Source: Blasia pusilla (taxonomy: Eukaryota). From it: a stretch of DNA of 64,000 bases. Of the stretch, positions 47,453-59,299 are shown piece after piece. The notes beneath the pieces are model-generated. The model worked only from the letters and a program-made list of their open reading frames with translations, did not search any database and had not been told where the DNA came from. Every line of letters begins with the position of its first letter. Position 1 is the first letter of the stretch. The stretch covers positions 496,001 to 560,000 of the forward strand of contig CM114271.1 in assembly GCA_050084515.1 (NCBI GenBank), read 5' to 3'. A program made the position numbers and the translations under genes.

Positions 47453-50014
47453 ACCAGAAGCCTTGAATAGTCAGTCAGCGAAACAGTAGATAGAGGAATG
47501 GCTGAAGGTGGAATGAGCACCTGCGATATCCCGCAGAATGCCCAACATATTTCAGCGCCTACAATGAATCACTTCTTTCCCACCTTTCATCCTCTTGGAA
47601 CATCGCCCTGCGCAAACCGCCGCTGACCCCGCACCGAGCCCCAGCATTTTTTCGTCGTGGTCCCCCAAGCGCCACATATTCACCAATTCACCACCCCATC
47701 ACTAACATTCTTCCCCTTCCGCATTCCCAATTCTTCCTCTCCGCTGATCATCCCCTTCCGCACTCCCAATTTCTCCCCTTCGCTCATCCCATCTCCTCCC
47801 GTTTCTTCCTCTCCAGGCCTCCCCAGGAGCTGCTTCTGCGCGATCTCTCTCTCTCCCCTCCATGATATTCGTCTACCACTTCAACCGAATCCCGATTCGT
47901 ACACCGACTGCTCTTCGATCTTCCCCTCCTTCCTCTCTCGCGCTTCTCAAGCGACGACTAGTCGCCATCTTCCCTGGCTTTTCCGAGTTCCGACCCGTCA
48001 AGGACCGTTAAGCGATTGTTTCGCTCTCCGTCCACTTCTTCCCTTCCTTCTGCCCTTCCGCGTCCCCTTACGGCGTTTTCCGTACAAGAGCGTACAACAA
48101 CTCCGGATTCCGTATGAGAGCGCATGCTCGCACTTGTATCTAAGGACCCAGTCCCATGGGGTCCTTAGGAACCCATAGTTATTTTCTTCTCTCGGGTTCT
48201 CGATGGGTCGTACATATTTACGTCCTATTTATATATTTACATATTTATGTTTTAAAGGCGTGAATTCTATTGAAGTCTCATGAATTTCATCAGTCGGATC
48301 AACCAAGATCCGAAATAGTGAGGTTGGGATCTTGCGACGTTATGACGATCTCGATCGTATGAGATCGGGTCCTAAGATCTCTGAATTCCCTACGAGAGGG
48401 AATGTTCTTCCATCTCGAATCTTTGAATGGCCATAATTCTTTGGTGGCATCTTTGTCTTGAATAGGTTGATGAGAGATAATGTGTGTTTCCTAAAGCACG
48501 ATTTTAGAGAAGTATATGAGATTATATTGCGACCATTAGGGATTTTTTGCAGTGTTGGTTTTGGAGGTCATGACCGTAAATTGTCTTGAAGGTGATCATG
48601 TATTTTGGGAGTCTCATGCTATGAAAGGGCAGCTTTCATATGTATCAAATGTCATATAAAGATAAATGAGTCGTCGGTGAAACCACTTCTTTTACTAATC
48701 CCAAGTGAGATATGTCACTTCAAAAAGTGTCTTCTTTTGAAAGGCCTTTTATTATTGTTCTTACTTTGGTTTCTATCGAGAATATCATGTGCGATATTCT
48801 AGTGATAGAGTACATTATGTATTCCACATTATCTTGCTCTTAGTAGATAACTTGTGCATACATGTTACCATGGAATTGCCTAAAGGAAGGAGAGGGAGGA
48901 GATGGAAAGTATGTGTACATTCCTTGATATATTGCAACCATCCTATCCTAGAATGTTGAGCCTAGATTCTCTTAAGTTTGGGTAGGATTGATATTTAGAT
49001 CACACATTCTATGTTTGCAATGTCGTGGCTCGATCTCTTTACTATAAGAACTATATGTTTGTATGAATCTATGTGAGCCACATTACAAATGAATGTAGTG
49101 TTACATCATTGGAAGGAATAGACCTTCTCATGAATTATAGAAAATATGGACTATTTTCAATTATGTCCAATCATTTTTATATAGATGTTTTAGGAATAAG
49201 AGAATAGCTATATTTTAGATATGTGTTGATGATAGCACATGTATATGATTAACAATATGTAACCACACGACATAAAAAAATCTCCCTATTTTTGTATTTT
49301 GGATGATGTGGTGACTCATTGAGTTGGTTGACTATCACATAACCTTTATTCATAGGTTGTCTTTTGGGGTTATCTTTGGAGGTGCTCTTTTGGCTAAAAA
49401 AAAAGTAAATTTTCTTATTTCCTTCACTTTTATAGGTGATCAGTCAAATGTGCCATAATTTTCACATGGAAGACTTTGTCAAACCAACTAGAGGAAGTCA
49501 CCTAGAGGCCCCCCCACGGTTCAAAATTATTTGAGTTCATCTCAAGGATGGTCATGTTTTGGTTTCATAAGATTTCCTCTCCCTTTGCTTTTTACTCTCG
49601 ATAGGAACCATTTTTTTCCCAAGAACTTCAAAGCGCACATTTTGGATGAGATCATAAGTGAAATTATCCAACCAAAGATAGAAATTTTCAAATTGTGGCA
49701 TCTAAGACCATATTCAAATGGTCACTATAGGATATATGGCTTGCCCACAAAAACTTGTACCTTTATTTTAGAAGGTCATGACCCCATGGTACTCTGAGTT
49801 CCACACATATCATCCCCACTTCTATAGACCTAGCATCTACTCCCAAGTTTGAAGTTTGAGACAATGTGTGCTAAGAAAAATGATGTTGTTGATATCATCA
49901 ATGAGACAGTATCTACTAGAAACAAATCCCTGACAACAACATCTATGTATGCATTCTTACTTCAAGTTTTTTGTAATAGCTTGCTCTCTTCTCTTCCCGT
50001 GAAATCATTTAAGT

Positions 50015-51475
50015 ACCTTATTGTCAATAAGTTGCCAAAGAATTATGATGGGGACTTCATCTTTGAACTAGCTGCCTCCTCTAGCCAAACCTACTCCAGA
50101 GAAAGACGAACACCATTTGAAGGGTATGGATAGGAATTCAAACTATCGTCAATGGTGTAGGCTCCAATGGATTAGTGCTTCCATCTCGTGTGGTCCATGG
50201 ATTGTATCTCGATGCCAATTTTTTGGAGCTTTAGGTTCGGGTCCCATGGCCCATCTTTCGGTTAGAACCATCCGCCGGCCTTACGCCGGTGATGGCTTCC
50301 AACCAGTTTCCACCCAAGTCTTGTCAGACCTTCAAAAGAAAAGGACGAAAATCTAACAATTATTTGAAATAATTATGGATCCCAACAAGTTGCATAGGGC
50401 GCGAGGATGCAGGTCCTTTCTTGCGCCCAAAAACTCTGGGCATGAGAAATGCAAAGACCCCGTGCACAACCCAAAAACTTCGGCCACATATTGTTAACGC
50501 CGACCTTTTGAAATGATTATAAACCGTTCAATGTGGCCCATCTATTACAACGGCCAGCGTCGGGCACCAACGCTGGCCCATAGAACCTAGCCCTTAAAAT
50601 GCAAAAGTCCATAATGCCCCTTTAAGGATCGCAATAGGGAAGCCAATACCTCCCAATCCTTACCTTGTTTTCAATAATTTTCCAACAACTTATGATGGGG
50701 ATTGCCAGTTTTTAGTTGTCTCCTCTAGCCGCACCTGCTCAAGAGAAGGATGGAGACAACTTGGAGGTTATTGATAGGAATTCCAAATATCATCAATAAT
50801 GTAGCTTTAATGGATCAATGCTCCATCCCATGCAGTCCATGGAATGTATGTTGCTACCATTTTGTTAGAGCTTTAGAGTGCAAAAGTCCACAATGCCTCT
50901 TCTAGGATCACAATGGGGAAGCCAATATCTCCCGATCTATATTTTCAGTAAGTTTCCAACAACTTACGATGGGGATTGCATTTTTTTGCGCCTCCTTTTT
51001 CCATACATGCTCAAGAGATGAAGACCGCTTAAAGGGTGGATAGGAATTTCGACTATCATCAAAGGTGTAGGCTTCAATGGATCAGTGTTGCCATCCCATA
51101 TGGCCCATGGATCTTATGTTGATGCGAGCTTGTTTGGAGCTCTAGAGTGCAAAAGTCCATAGTGTCCCTTCTAGGATCGTAATTAGGAAGCCAATACCTC
51201 GATCCCAATCCTTATTGTCAATAAGTTTCTAACAATTTATGATGGGGATTGAATTTTTGAGTTTCCTTCTCTAGCCGGACAACTTGAAGAGAAAGATGGA
51301 GATTGCTTGAAGGATATGGATAGGAATTCTGACTTTCATTGATGGTGTAGGCTTCAATGGATCAGTGCTTCTATCCCGTGCGGTCCATGGAGTGTATGTT
51401 GATGCAAGCTTTAGAGTGCAGTTGTCCACAATGCCCCTTCTAGGATTGCAATGGGCAAGCCAAACCTTCCAATTC
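50015..51475 (+). repeat. Tandem array of ~4 decayed ~280-bp coding-derived units
   Basis: The unit (aataagtttccaacaacttatgatgggga...gataggaattc...tgtaggcttcaatggatcagtg...gagctttagagtgcaaaagtcc...gggaagccaatacc) recurs at ~50015, ~50665, ~50945 and ~51215. Confidence 0.85.
50234..50593. mobile_element. Tourist/PIF-Harbinger-like MITE (360 bp) with TTA TSD
   Basis: TTA at 50231-50233 and 50594-50596, with degenerate ~19-bp TIRs. Sister repeat units show the empty site gagctTTAgagtgcaaaagtcc. Confidence 0.75.
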
Positions 51476-51514
51476 CTCCCCCTCCCACAATGGTTGCACA
51501 AACACGGACAAGTT

Positions 51515-52153
51515 GTTGTGGGCATACACATCGTGTTATACAGCATACACCGATATCATCAAACACAAAAAAATACATAAGATAACATACCAACTTATGG
51601 CATCTAAACATCGAGACGACCGAGTACCAATATATCCCCAATTAGTGCTAATGGCATGCTCGAGTACCAAATTCTCTCTTTGTAAGTCAATGATCATTCA
51701 ACAAGTGCACAAAAATCCATTTTGCTCTCATGTCAAACCAAATTCATTATCCTAATGAGAGGCTTGGGTTATTCACTAGACAAGAAGGACCATAGTTCTT
51801 CCGCCTCATGCCAAGAGATTCAACAAAGAGAGAATGAGCTTCAAAGCTCTCTCTCCTTGGGTATACCACCTTCCCTCTCCCAAGCTCTTGCAGGTCACCC
51901 TCTTGGCTCTTGGCCGGTTGTAGGGGGTCAACGGCCACTTCCCAAATAAGATATTCAACTCTACTCCTAATGGTAACTTACCCAAAATAGTAAGTTTCTC
52001 TATATAACTTCAAATAAACTAAACCCAAGTGGAAACCTACTCTCTCATATTACCCGATGCCACAACGAATCATCCTTGACCTCCTAAGGTTGTCCTCCAA
52101 TGTCCTTGAAGATGCTCTAATATAAACTCGTCGATAAATTCTAAAAGACATGA
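51515..52153 (-). mobile_element. LTR copy of the same gypsy family
   Basis: The reverse complement is collinear with 31142-31768: ctaaaagacatga at ~52141-52153 is the LTR start, and tgttgtgggcatac at ~51515 is the LTR end. Confidence 0.8.
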
Positions 52154-52154
52154 T

Positions 52155-52460
52155 GAAGTCCGTTCCTAAGACGGACATGGACAGAAAAGTTTGGACATAT
52201 CCATGGACATGGATTATAAGAGGTAGGGCCCATACTTATAGTTCATGGTGGAAAGTAGGTTAGGGACGGGCGGGGTAATAATATGGGAGGGTTGAAGGTA
52301 GGGGCAAGATGAAATGGAAAAGTGTGGAACACATAGGGAACTTCAAGCAAGTGGGGGGAAATGAGAAAGATATGGGAGGTGGGCCCCGCATGAAAAAGTT
52401 CTTCCATAAGACACAGGTAAGTTCATAGATATGGATATGTCAGCATAAACAAACTTTTTC
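52155..52460 (-). mobile_element. ~300-bp non-autonomous element (GGACA-rich family)
   Basis: Reverse-complement homologue of 60452-60753 (aagtttggacatatccatggacatggattataagaggtagggccc). Confidence 0.6.
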
Positions 52461-53011
52461 CACATCTTACCTTTCTCTCCCCCCTCTCTCGGGAAACAAT
52501 TTTGACATACCTTATATTTTTGGATCCGCTAGAGCGTGTGACGGCCATAGATGTCCATATTGTCAAACTCTTCCCTTTCGTTTTGTGCCATATCCAGTTT
52601 ATATTTTCTTCATAGTACACAACACAACTTCTATGTTGGCTTACATAATGATACATGTTCACGTTGGCACTAACACCCACCTTGTTAGTGGAACTATTCC
52701 TTCACACATCAATTATAAGGAGAAAATGACGAAAGTATATAGTAATAGTCCATGAGTTATTAAACTTGTTGCGGGTTCATGAATTTTTGATCAACTGCTT
52801 AGAATACCCGGCCAAGGGCAGACCAAAATATATAAGGAGAAACAACTTTGGGAGAATCTTGTATTTACTGTTGATCCAAAATATTTCTTGCTCTAGCAAA
52901 AATATATGCATGTACCAGATGGAAAGCCCGTTAAATTGGACAACATATCCAAAATGAAAGCAAACTCTAGGTTTCCATTCATTCAAAGATGGAAATTCAT
53001 GGGATAAAGAG

Positions 53012-55780
53012 TGTTGGATTCTCAACATCCGATTCTCTCACCACCATTAATATGATCGGCCCCCTTATATGAGGAGAAGCCTAAATTGATGGTTCCGACT
53101 TAGACGTCAAAGGAGTGATAGTAATATGATAAAGGTGGTTTGTGGAGTAGCATTAGTAGGATTATCTAACCCTATATTGCATCAAGGTGTGGGGCACTCT
53201 GATGCAAAATTTTCTATAAATAGAAATGCAAAAAAATACGTTAAAAATCCTAGTTTCCCAAATAGTCGAGAGCCGTGGTGATAGCCATTCTCGTACATCG
53301 AGTTATCTCCATGTTCACGTTCCATCGAAGCTCTTCTGTGAGCACATAGACAAACTAGGCCCCTTTATATCTCCAAGATTTGTAACATACTTCAATGATT
53401 TCATCACATGTTTATTTTCTCACATGGTATTAGAGCTATAGATTTTCCATGTATTTGGTGATCTAGTGTGTTTGCACAAATTCTTGAGAGATGTCTACTT
53501 CTTTGTGTATCTATTCTCAGCCTCCTCCGCTAAGTGAAGGGAAGTTAGATGGGTCTAACTATACATTATGGAAGTTCAAAATGAGAACTTTCCTCGAATC
53601 ATTTGAGATCTGGAAGGCACGTCGAATACACAAGTTACTTTGAGTTTTGCATGTTCATCTTCATCTGGTGATATCCATCTCGTTGTATCAATCTCGTCAT
53701 ATTGCTCGCATGAAAACGTAGAAACGCTCATGCTCTATATGTTATTGTCACGAATGTAACTGATTCTTTCATGACTACCAGACCATTATTGTTGAGGCGT
53801 GGAACATTCTGAAGAGCCAGTACAATACCAAGAATGAGACTCAGATTCAGAATCTGGAGAATCAGCTTACATCGGAGAAAAATTCAAAAGAAGAAAGCGC
53901 GGAGCAATTTTTGACAAGGATCAAGAATCTTCAAGATCGAATGGAGTTCGTAGGAATTTCAAAATCTATCGAAGATTTGGCACGTCGATGCATAAGGATT
54001 TTTCCTCCGAGGTATGATAGTTTAATCACTGCATTGAATAGTGAAGTAAGACCCACACCGATTACTTTTGAACCGTTCAGCGCAATGTTGGTAGAAGAGG
54101 AAATGCGCTTCAAAGCAAGAGAGGAAAGTGATGTAGCCTTTACTGCCAATATACAGAGGGGCAAAAATCAAGATTACAGATCAAATGTCAAGAAGAAATT
54201 TCCAAAGAAAGCCTTCAAATACTTTTATTGTGGTAAGCCAAGTCATCTTATCAAAGATTGTAGAAAGAGGAGTCAAGATGAGAAGAATGGATATTTGAGA
54301 CCTAGGAAAGAGTCTGGAAATTATGTAAAAATAAAAGAACATGAGATAGATGTTTGGGTAGCAATCGAAGAGTTTTGCACACATGTAGAACATTCCACTA
54401 AGTCAAATAGTGAAGATGCGTGGGTGTTCAATATTGGAGCATCTACGCATATGACCAATCATAAGGATTGGTATAGCTCCTTACAAGCTCTATAGGAGCC
54501 CATCATTGTTAACGTTGGGAATAACACAAAGTGTCATGGAAAAGGGAAAGGAAAAACCATACAATGGTGGAGATGGCAAGATGTATGATGAAACCAAAAG
54601 ATTTGACATAAGGTTTTTGGGCTCAAGTTGTTAATACTGCCGTTTACATTCTAAATAGAAGTGCTACCAAGTCAATGCAAGGCATGACTCCTCATCAAGC
54701 ATACTCAGGTAAGGTACCATCAATCCAACACTTCAAGACTTTTGGTAGCGAGTGTTTTGTACATATTCCTGATGCATGGAGGACCAAGCTCGAGTCCAAG
54801 AGCAAGAAGTGCATCTTTATGGGATATAGTGATGAGTCTATAGCCTATTGACTATGGTGACCTAAGGCAAAGAATATGCTTGTGAGTGGTGATATGGTAT
54901 TCCGAGATCAACCTTGTCAAGTGGCAAATATGAATGGTCCATCTTTATTATCCTCAAATGAAGAGATAACCCAGCAAAGCACATCATCAATGTTTACACC
55001 AGATCATCAAGAAGAAGAATTTTGTGATGATTACAAAGAGCAGCCTGCTCTTCCACTACGGTCGTCATACCCCTAGTGGATAAAGAAGCTCTTGGATGGT
55101 AAGGATCCACCAACAACTAATGAAGTAGCTACACATTCAAGGAGATCCAAGATATTAGAGGACTAGAATAGAGCTTCCACACAGCTCGTCAATATGGCCT
55201 TAATGACAGAGGTCTTGAAGGTGGAAGAGCCATCATGCTTGGATGAGGACCTTGCTTATCCTCAATGGAAAGAGGCCATGCAGATGGAGATGGACGCTAT
55301 TGAAAGAAATCAAACTTCAACTTTGGTTGAGAAGCCAAAGAACGTTAAGATAATACGCACCAAGTGGATGTACAAGACCAAGTACAAGTCGGACAGTACA
55401 TTGGATAAACTCAAAGCGAGGTTGGTTGCACAAGGTTGTTCATAGATTGAAGGTATTGATTACTATGAGACTTTGGCTCCTACTGCAAGGATAATAACCA
55501 TTCGCATTGTTCTAGTGGTGGCGGGAACAAGACGTTGGCATGTATACCAATACGATGTGAAGTATGCATTTCTGAATGGAAGTCTCAAGAAGGAGGTGTC
55601 TGTATCTCAGCCACCAGGCTTTGAGACACCTGGATCAGAAGAGAAGGTGTGTTTGCTTCATCGAGCATTGTATGGGTTGAAGCAAGCCCTCAGGGTATGG
55701 TATCAAGCAAGCCCCCAGGGTATGGTATCAATAAATAGACACATTCTTCCAAGAGAAGGAAGTTCATATTGGTAGGTTCA
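53012..55780 (+). mobile_element. Ty1/copia retrotransposon remnant: 5' LTR (53012-53424), PBS, gag-protease, partial integrase, RT
   Basis: LTR TGTTGG...CACA with TATAAATAG at ~53215. tRNA-iMet-type PBS TGGTATTAGAGC at 53425-53436. gag KLDGSNYTLWKFKM, Zn knuckle YFYCGKPSHLIKDC, protease-like WVFNIGASTHM, RT motifs WKEAMQMEMDAI, KARLVAQG, YDVKYAFLNG, ALYGLKQA. Order is copia-type. The integrase core is largely deleted and no 3' LTR was seen. Confidence 0.92.
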
Positions 55781-58638
55781 TTTGTAGGCGCATGTCAAGA
55801 AATGGTTATGAAACAGTCAAAGAGAGACTCATGTGGACTTAAATTCACTCAATAAGCACCTTGACTTTTGACAAGTCAAGTGTCAATATCAAGGACGAAA
55901 GGTAATTATTGATTCGGATGATGATATCACACCTCGTAGATACTTGAAAATCCCAAATACCTCCTCCCAAGTTTGACGCGGAGGTTTTTCTTCAAAGTCC
56001 CTACTTGTCTTATTTCAACACGCGTTGATTATTAACAATGCACCTTTGATTCATCATAGCCCATGACTTATTCAAAAATATTCCCATCATAGAGGCAAAT
56101 TGCAATCTCAAAAGATGTCATATATTTTGGAGCAATCCGAATATAGACCCACTATTCTCTAATTCATAACACCAATTCATCTATAGCCCATGATCATGAC
56201 GGAATCAAGTAGAATGATTCATTCATGGATACCAACACACTATTGGGTCTTCAACGGGAAGCCCTCTCTTTTAAGAGTAGTTCTATCTTCACTTATGTTT
56301 TTCAAAACTATTATAATATAAGCACATGTGTGTGCTTATCTTATAATTTATATTGAATTTGAAGCGGGAGATGACTCACAATATATAATATAATTTTGCC
56401 TTGTTGTGAGTCATCTCCTGTTTCAAGTTATCCTACAAGTTGTATTCTACAATCTTTTCGTTGGAACAACTTACGTGTCATTTCTAGCATTACTTGGTTA
56501 GATTTTTATGTATCAATCTTTGCCATTCGGAGTGCTAATTGATACTCTTCGATTAGTTTACTTCCTACTACCTCTTCTAAATACACTTTCCTATGGATCA
56601 GAACCCCTCCAAATTCGATGGCATTTGACACCTCCAAATCTTGCATCACTTTGAAAACTCCGGATCTTGGTACCTCTGAATCTCGTATCACTTTAACACA
56701 TCTAGATCTTGGCCATTCAGATTTTGTGTCCTTTGACACATATGGGTTTCATCCTTTCATGGGATCCTAAAATAGTCCTTACACCCACCTACATGCCAAG
56801 CTAGATTTGATGCAATAAGCAAAGCATGTGCCACATTTATGAATAAGAATTGTGCAAGGACAATAGGCCCTTGCAAAGATTTTTTAGACAAAAAAATATT
56901 CATTGTTTCACCAGGATAGGAGATCAATGGGAATAATTCTTCTATCCAAATAAATCCTGTGCTTTTAGAAAACCATATGCAAGTGCCATTGTGGAGCTTC
57001 GCAGAATACCCTCAAGATTTGGCCGATTTTTGTAGGTACCAATTTCATCCAAGAAGAAGTCAAATCCCTTACAAGTGTGGGGTTTAAGTTGGTGGATAGA
57101 GTACAAAGTCTTTTGCATTTCAAATCCAACTAGGATTGACATGAACTTGTATCCTAAAAAGATGGACGATCCAAATCAGTTATTTCTTATTGAATCTAGA
57201 AATGGAGTGAAAAACAAAATTTGTAGACTTGTAGAGGAGAGGGCAAAGCGGATTGCATCAACTCAAAAAGCTAACATGGAGGTGATAGCCACAAAGAATA
57301 GGGAAAATACATTGGATTAGCAACAACCTCACAAATTCCAATGTTTCTTGGGTGTATGTTGTGCACATATATTGCTTTCCCACATGTTTATGTGATGACT
57401 TTATGCCAAGAGGGACAATGGGAAAAAGCTACCTTCTTTGTAAGCATATGTATTATGTGCTTTAACTCGTATATAAACATCATCAATAGATTTAATCATT
57501 TTCCTGAAAATACATTCATGGATATAAGTCCACTTGATTGCAGTTGAGGACAATATACTACTTTCAAAATGGGACGAAACACTGGAAAAAATTATCCTTA
57601 CCTAGGGAAGGTAAGTTTCTTCCGAGATATTGAAAATCTTGCAACAACTACTAGAACATCAGTCTTGTTCCCCAATATATATTCTAGAGGAACGTCTTAT
57701 TTTTTGGTGACATTTGCCCACAAGTAGTGATGAATATGTTGCAGGCTTGTGCATGGATTGAATCAAAAATCTTTTTGGATGCAAGAAGTGTGGATTTAGG
57801 AGCAGATTTTCTATCATTTTATGGAAAAATTTACTTCCATATAAGATATTAAGGAGAGCATATGCAAGAGTGCAGCAACCTTCCCAATTATTGGTGATTT
57901 TATTTTGAATTTTGAATGTCAATCATAAGAAGTAAGACACAATTATTGACCTCCATTGATAGTGGTCAACATGCTAGGCATACTACCGGTAGCACTTCCT
58001 ACATTGGTGACTTTTCCTACCTCCTATATATGCTTACAAGGAGGGCGGCTTGGTGTAACCATCCTTTGTTAGTCATGGTTAAGTTCAAGTCTATACCATG
58101 TAGTGCATAAATGGGAAAGAACCAACCCAAAAAAAAATATAAAGAACATGTGGGCCCATAGGTTGGTGAAATTAAGATAAGGATGAGATCGTGGGTAGAT
58201 GTGATAAGATGAGATAAGGGCATTAGAATCCAAAGAAGATGCTCTCATGTTAGGAGAAGAAGCCAAGTGGGATAAGGATGGATAGAGCTCATTTTTCTTC
58301 ATTATACATATCTCTAAATATATAAAATAAAAGAAGAGACCTTAGACGGCATTATACCTTTGTGCAATTCTAGAGTAGCTTTATAAGCTTAAAAGTTACA
58401 ATAGTATCAGAACAAGATTTTTTTTCTCCAATGAGATAGGATCCTCCCTCTTGGAAGAATAACCAAATAATGATCCAACATTGTGAGTTTGGAGAGGCTT
58501 GTTAGAGGTTTTCAATGGCTATTAAGATACAAGTAAAATAAGCGGAAAGGGTTGTTACGCAGATAATGGATAGAGGAGGAGCTAGAGCGATTCCTAATTT
58601 TTCATTTCTAAATGTTTTTACCATTGAACTTCTGATTT

Positions 58639-58758
<120 letters not shown>

Positions 58759-59299
58759 GTGTGTGGGGATGGATTTGATTAGGCTCCCACGATTATTTTT
58801 TAACACTTAATGAATAGTCCATGTGGTTTTTTGACCTAATGTGGCCAAGAAAGTTTGGCCAAGAGTATAATCATGAGATCATTGCATCACCATTGCCTTT
58901 TGTAATCCAAATTGTGCAAATTTGGCAAGTATATCTTAAATTTATATTAAAGTGGTAGTAAAGGATCAAGGGAAAGATGGAGTGATAATAGAAGAAACTT
59001 TGAGGGATATGATTCACGAATTGAGAGAGTTGAGAGTTATATTTCACTAAAGTCAAAACCAATTCCAAGAATTAGCGCAAGAAGTTGCTTTAGTAAAAAA
59101 TGTGAAGAAAGAGAGACAGAGAGAAAGGGAGAGTTCTTTCGACATGTGAGATGAAGATGCAGACCACGAGTGTCTTGACTAATGGAGAGAATGAGAAAAC
59201 AAAGATAGTACTATATAAAGGAACTCTTGTCGTCAAGATATTAGAGGGTTGGATCAACTCATACAAAAATCTACTTATCTCTTTTCAACATCAATGATC

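Noticed and set aside
47657-48178. 173-aa Pro/Ser/Phe-rich ORF
   Set aside because: Non-ATG start and composition driven by a pyrimidine-rich tract. More likely UTR, promoter or TE-end sequence.
55780-57350. Decayed coding-like fragments after the copia RT
   Set aside because: Too degraded to assign, with no diagnostic motif.
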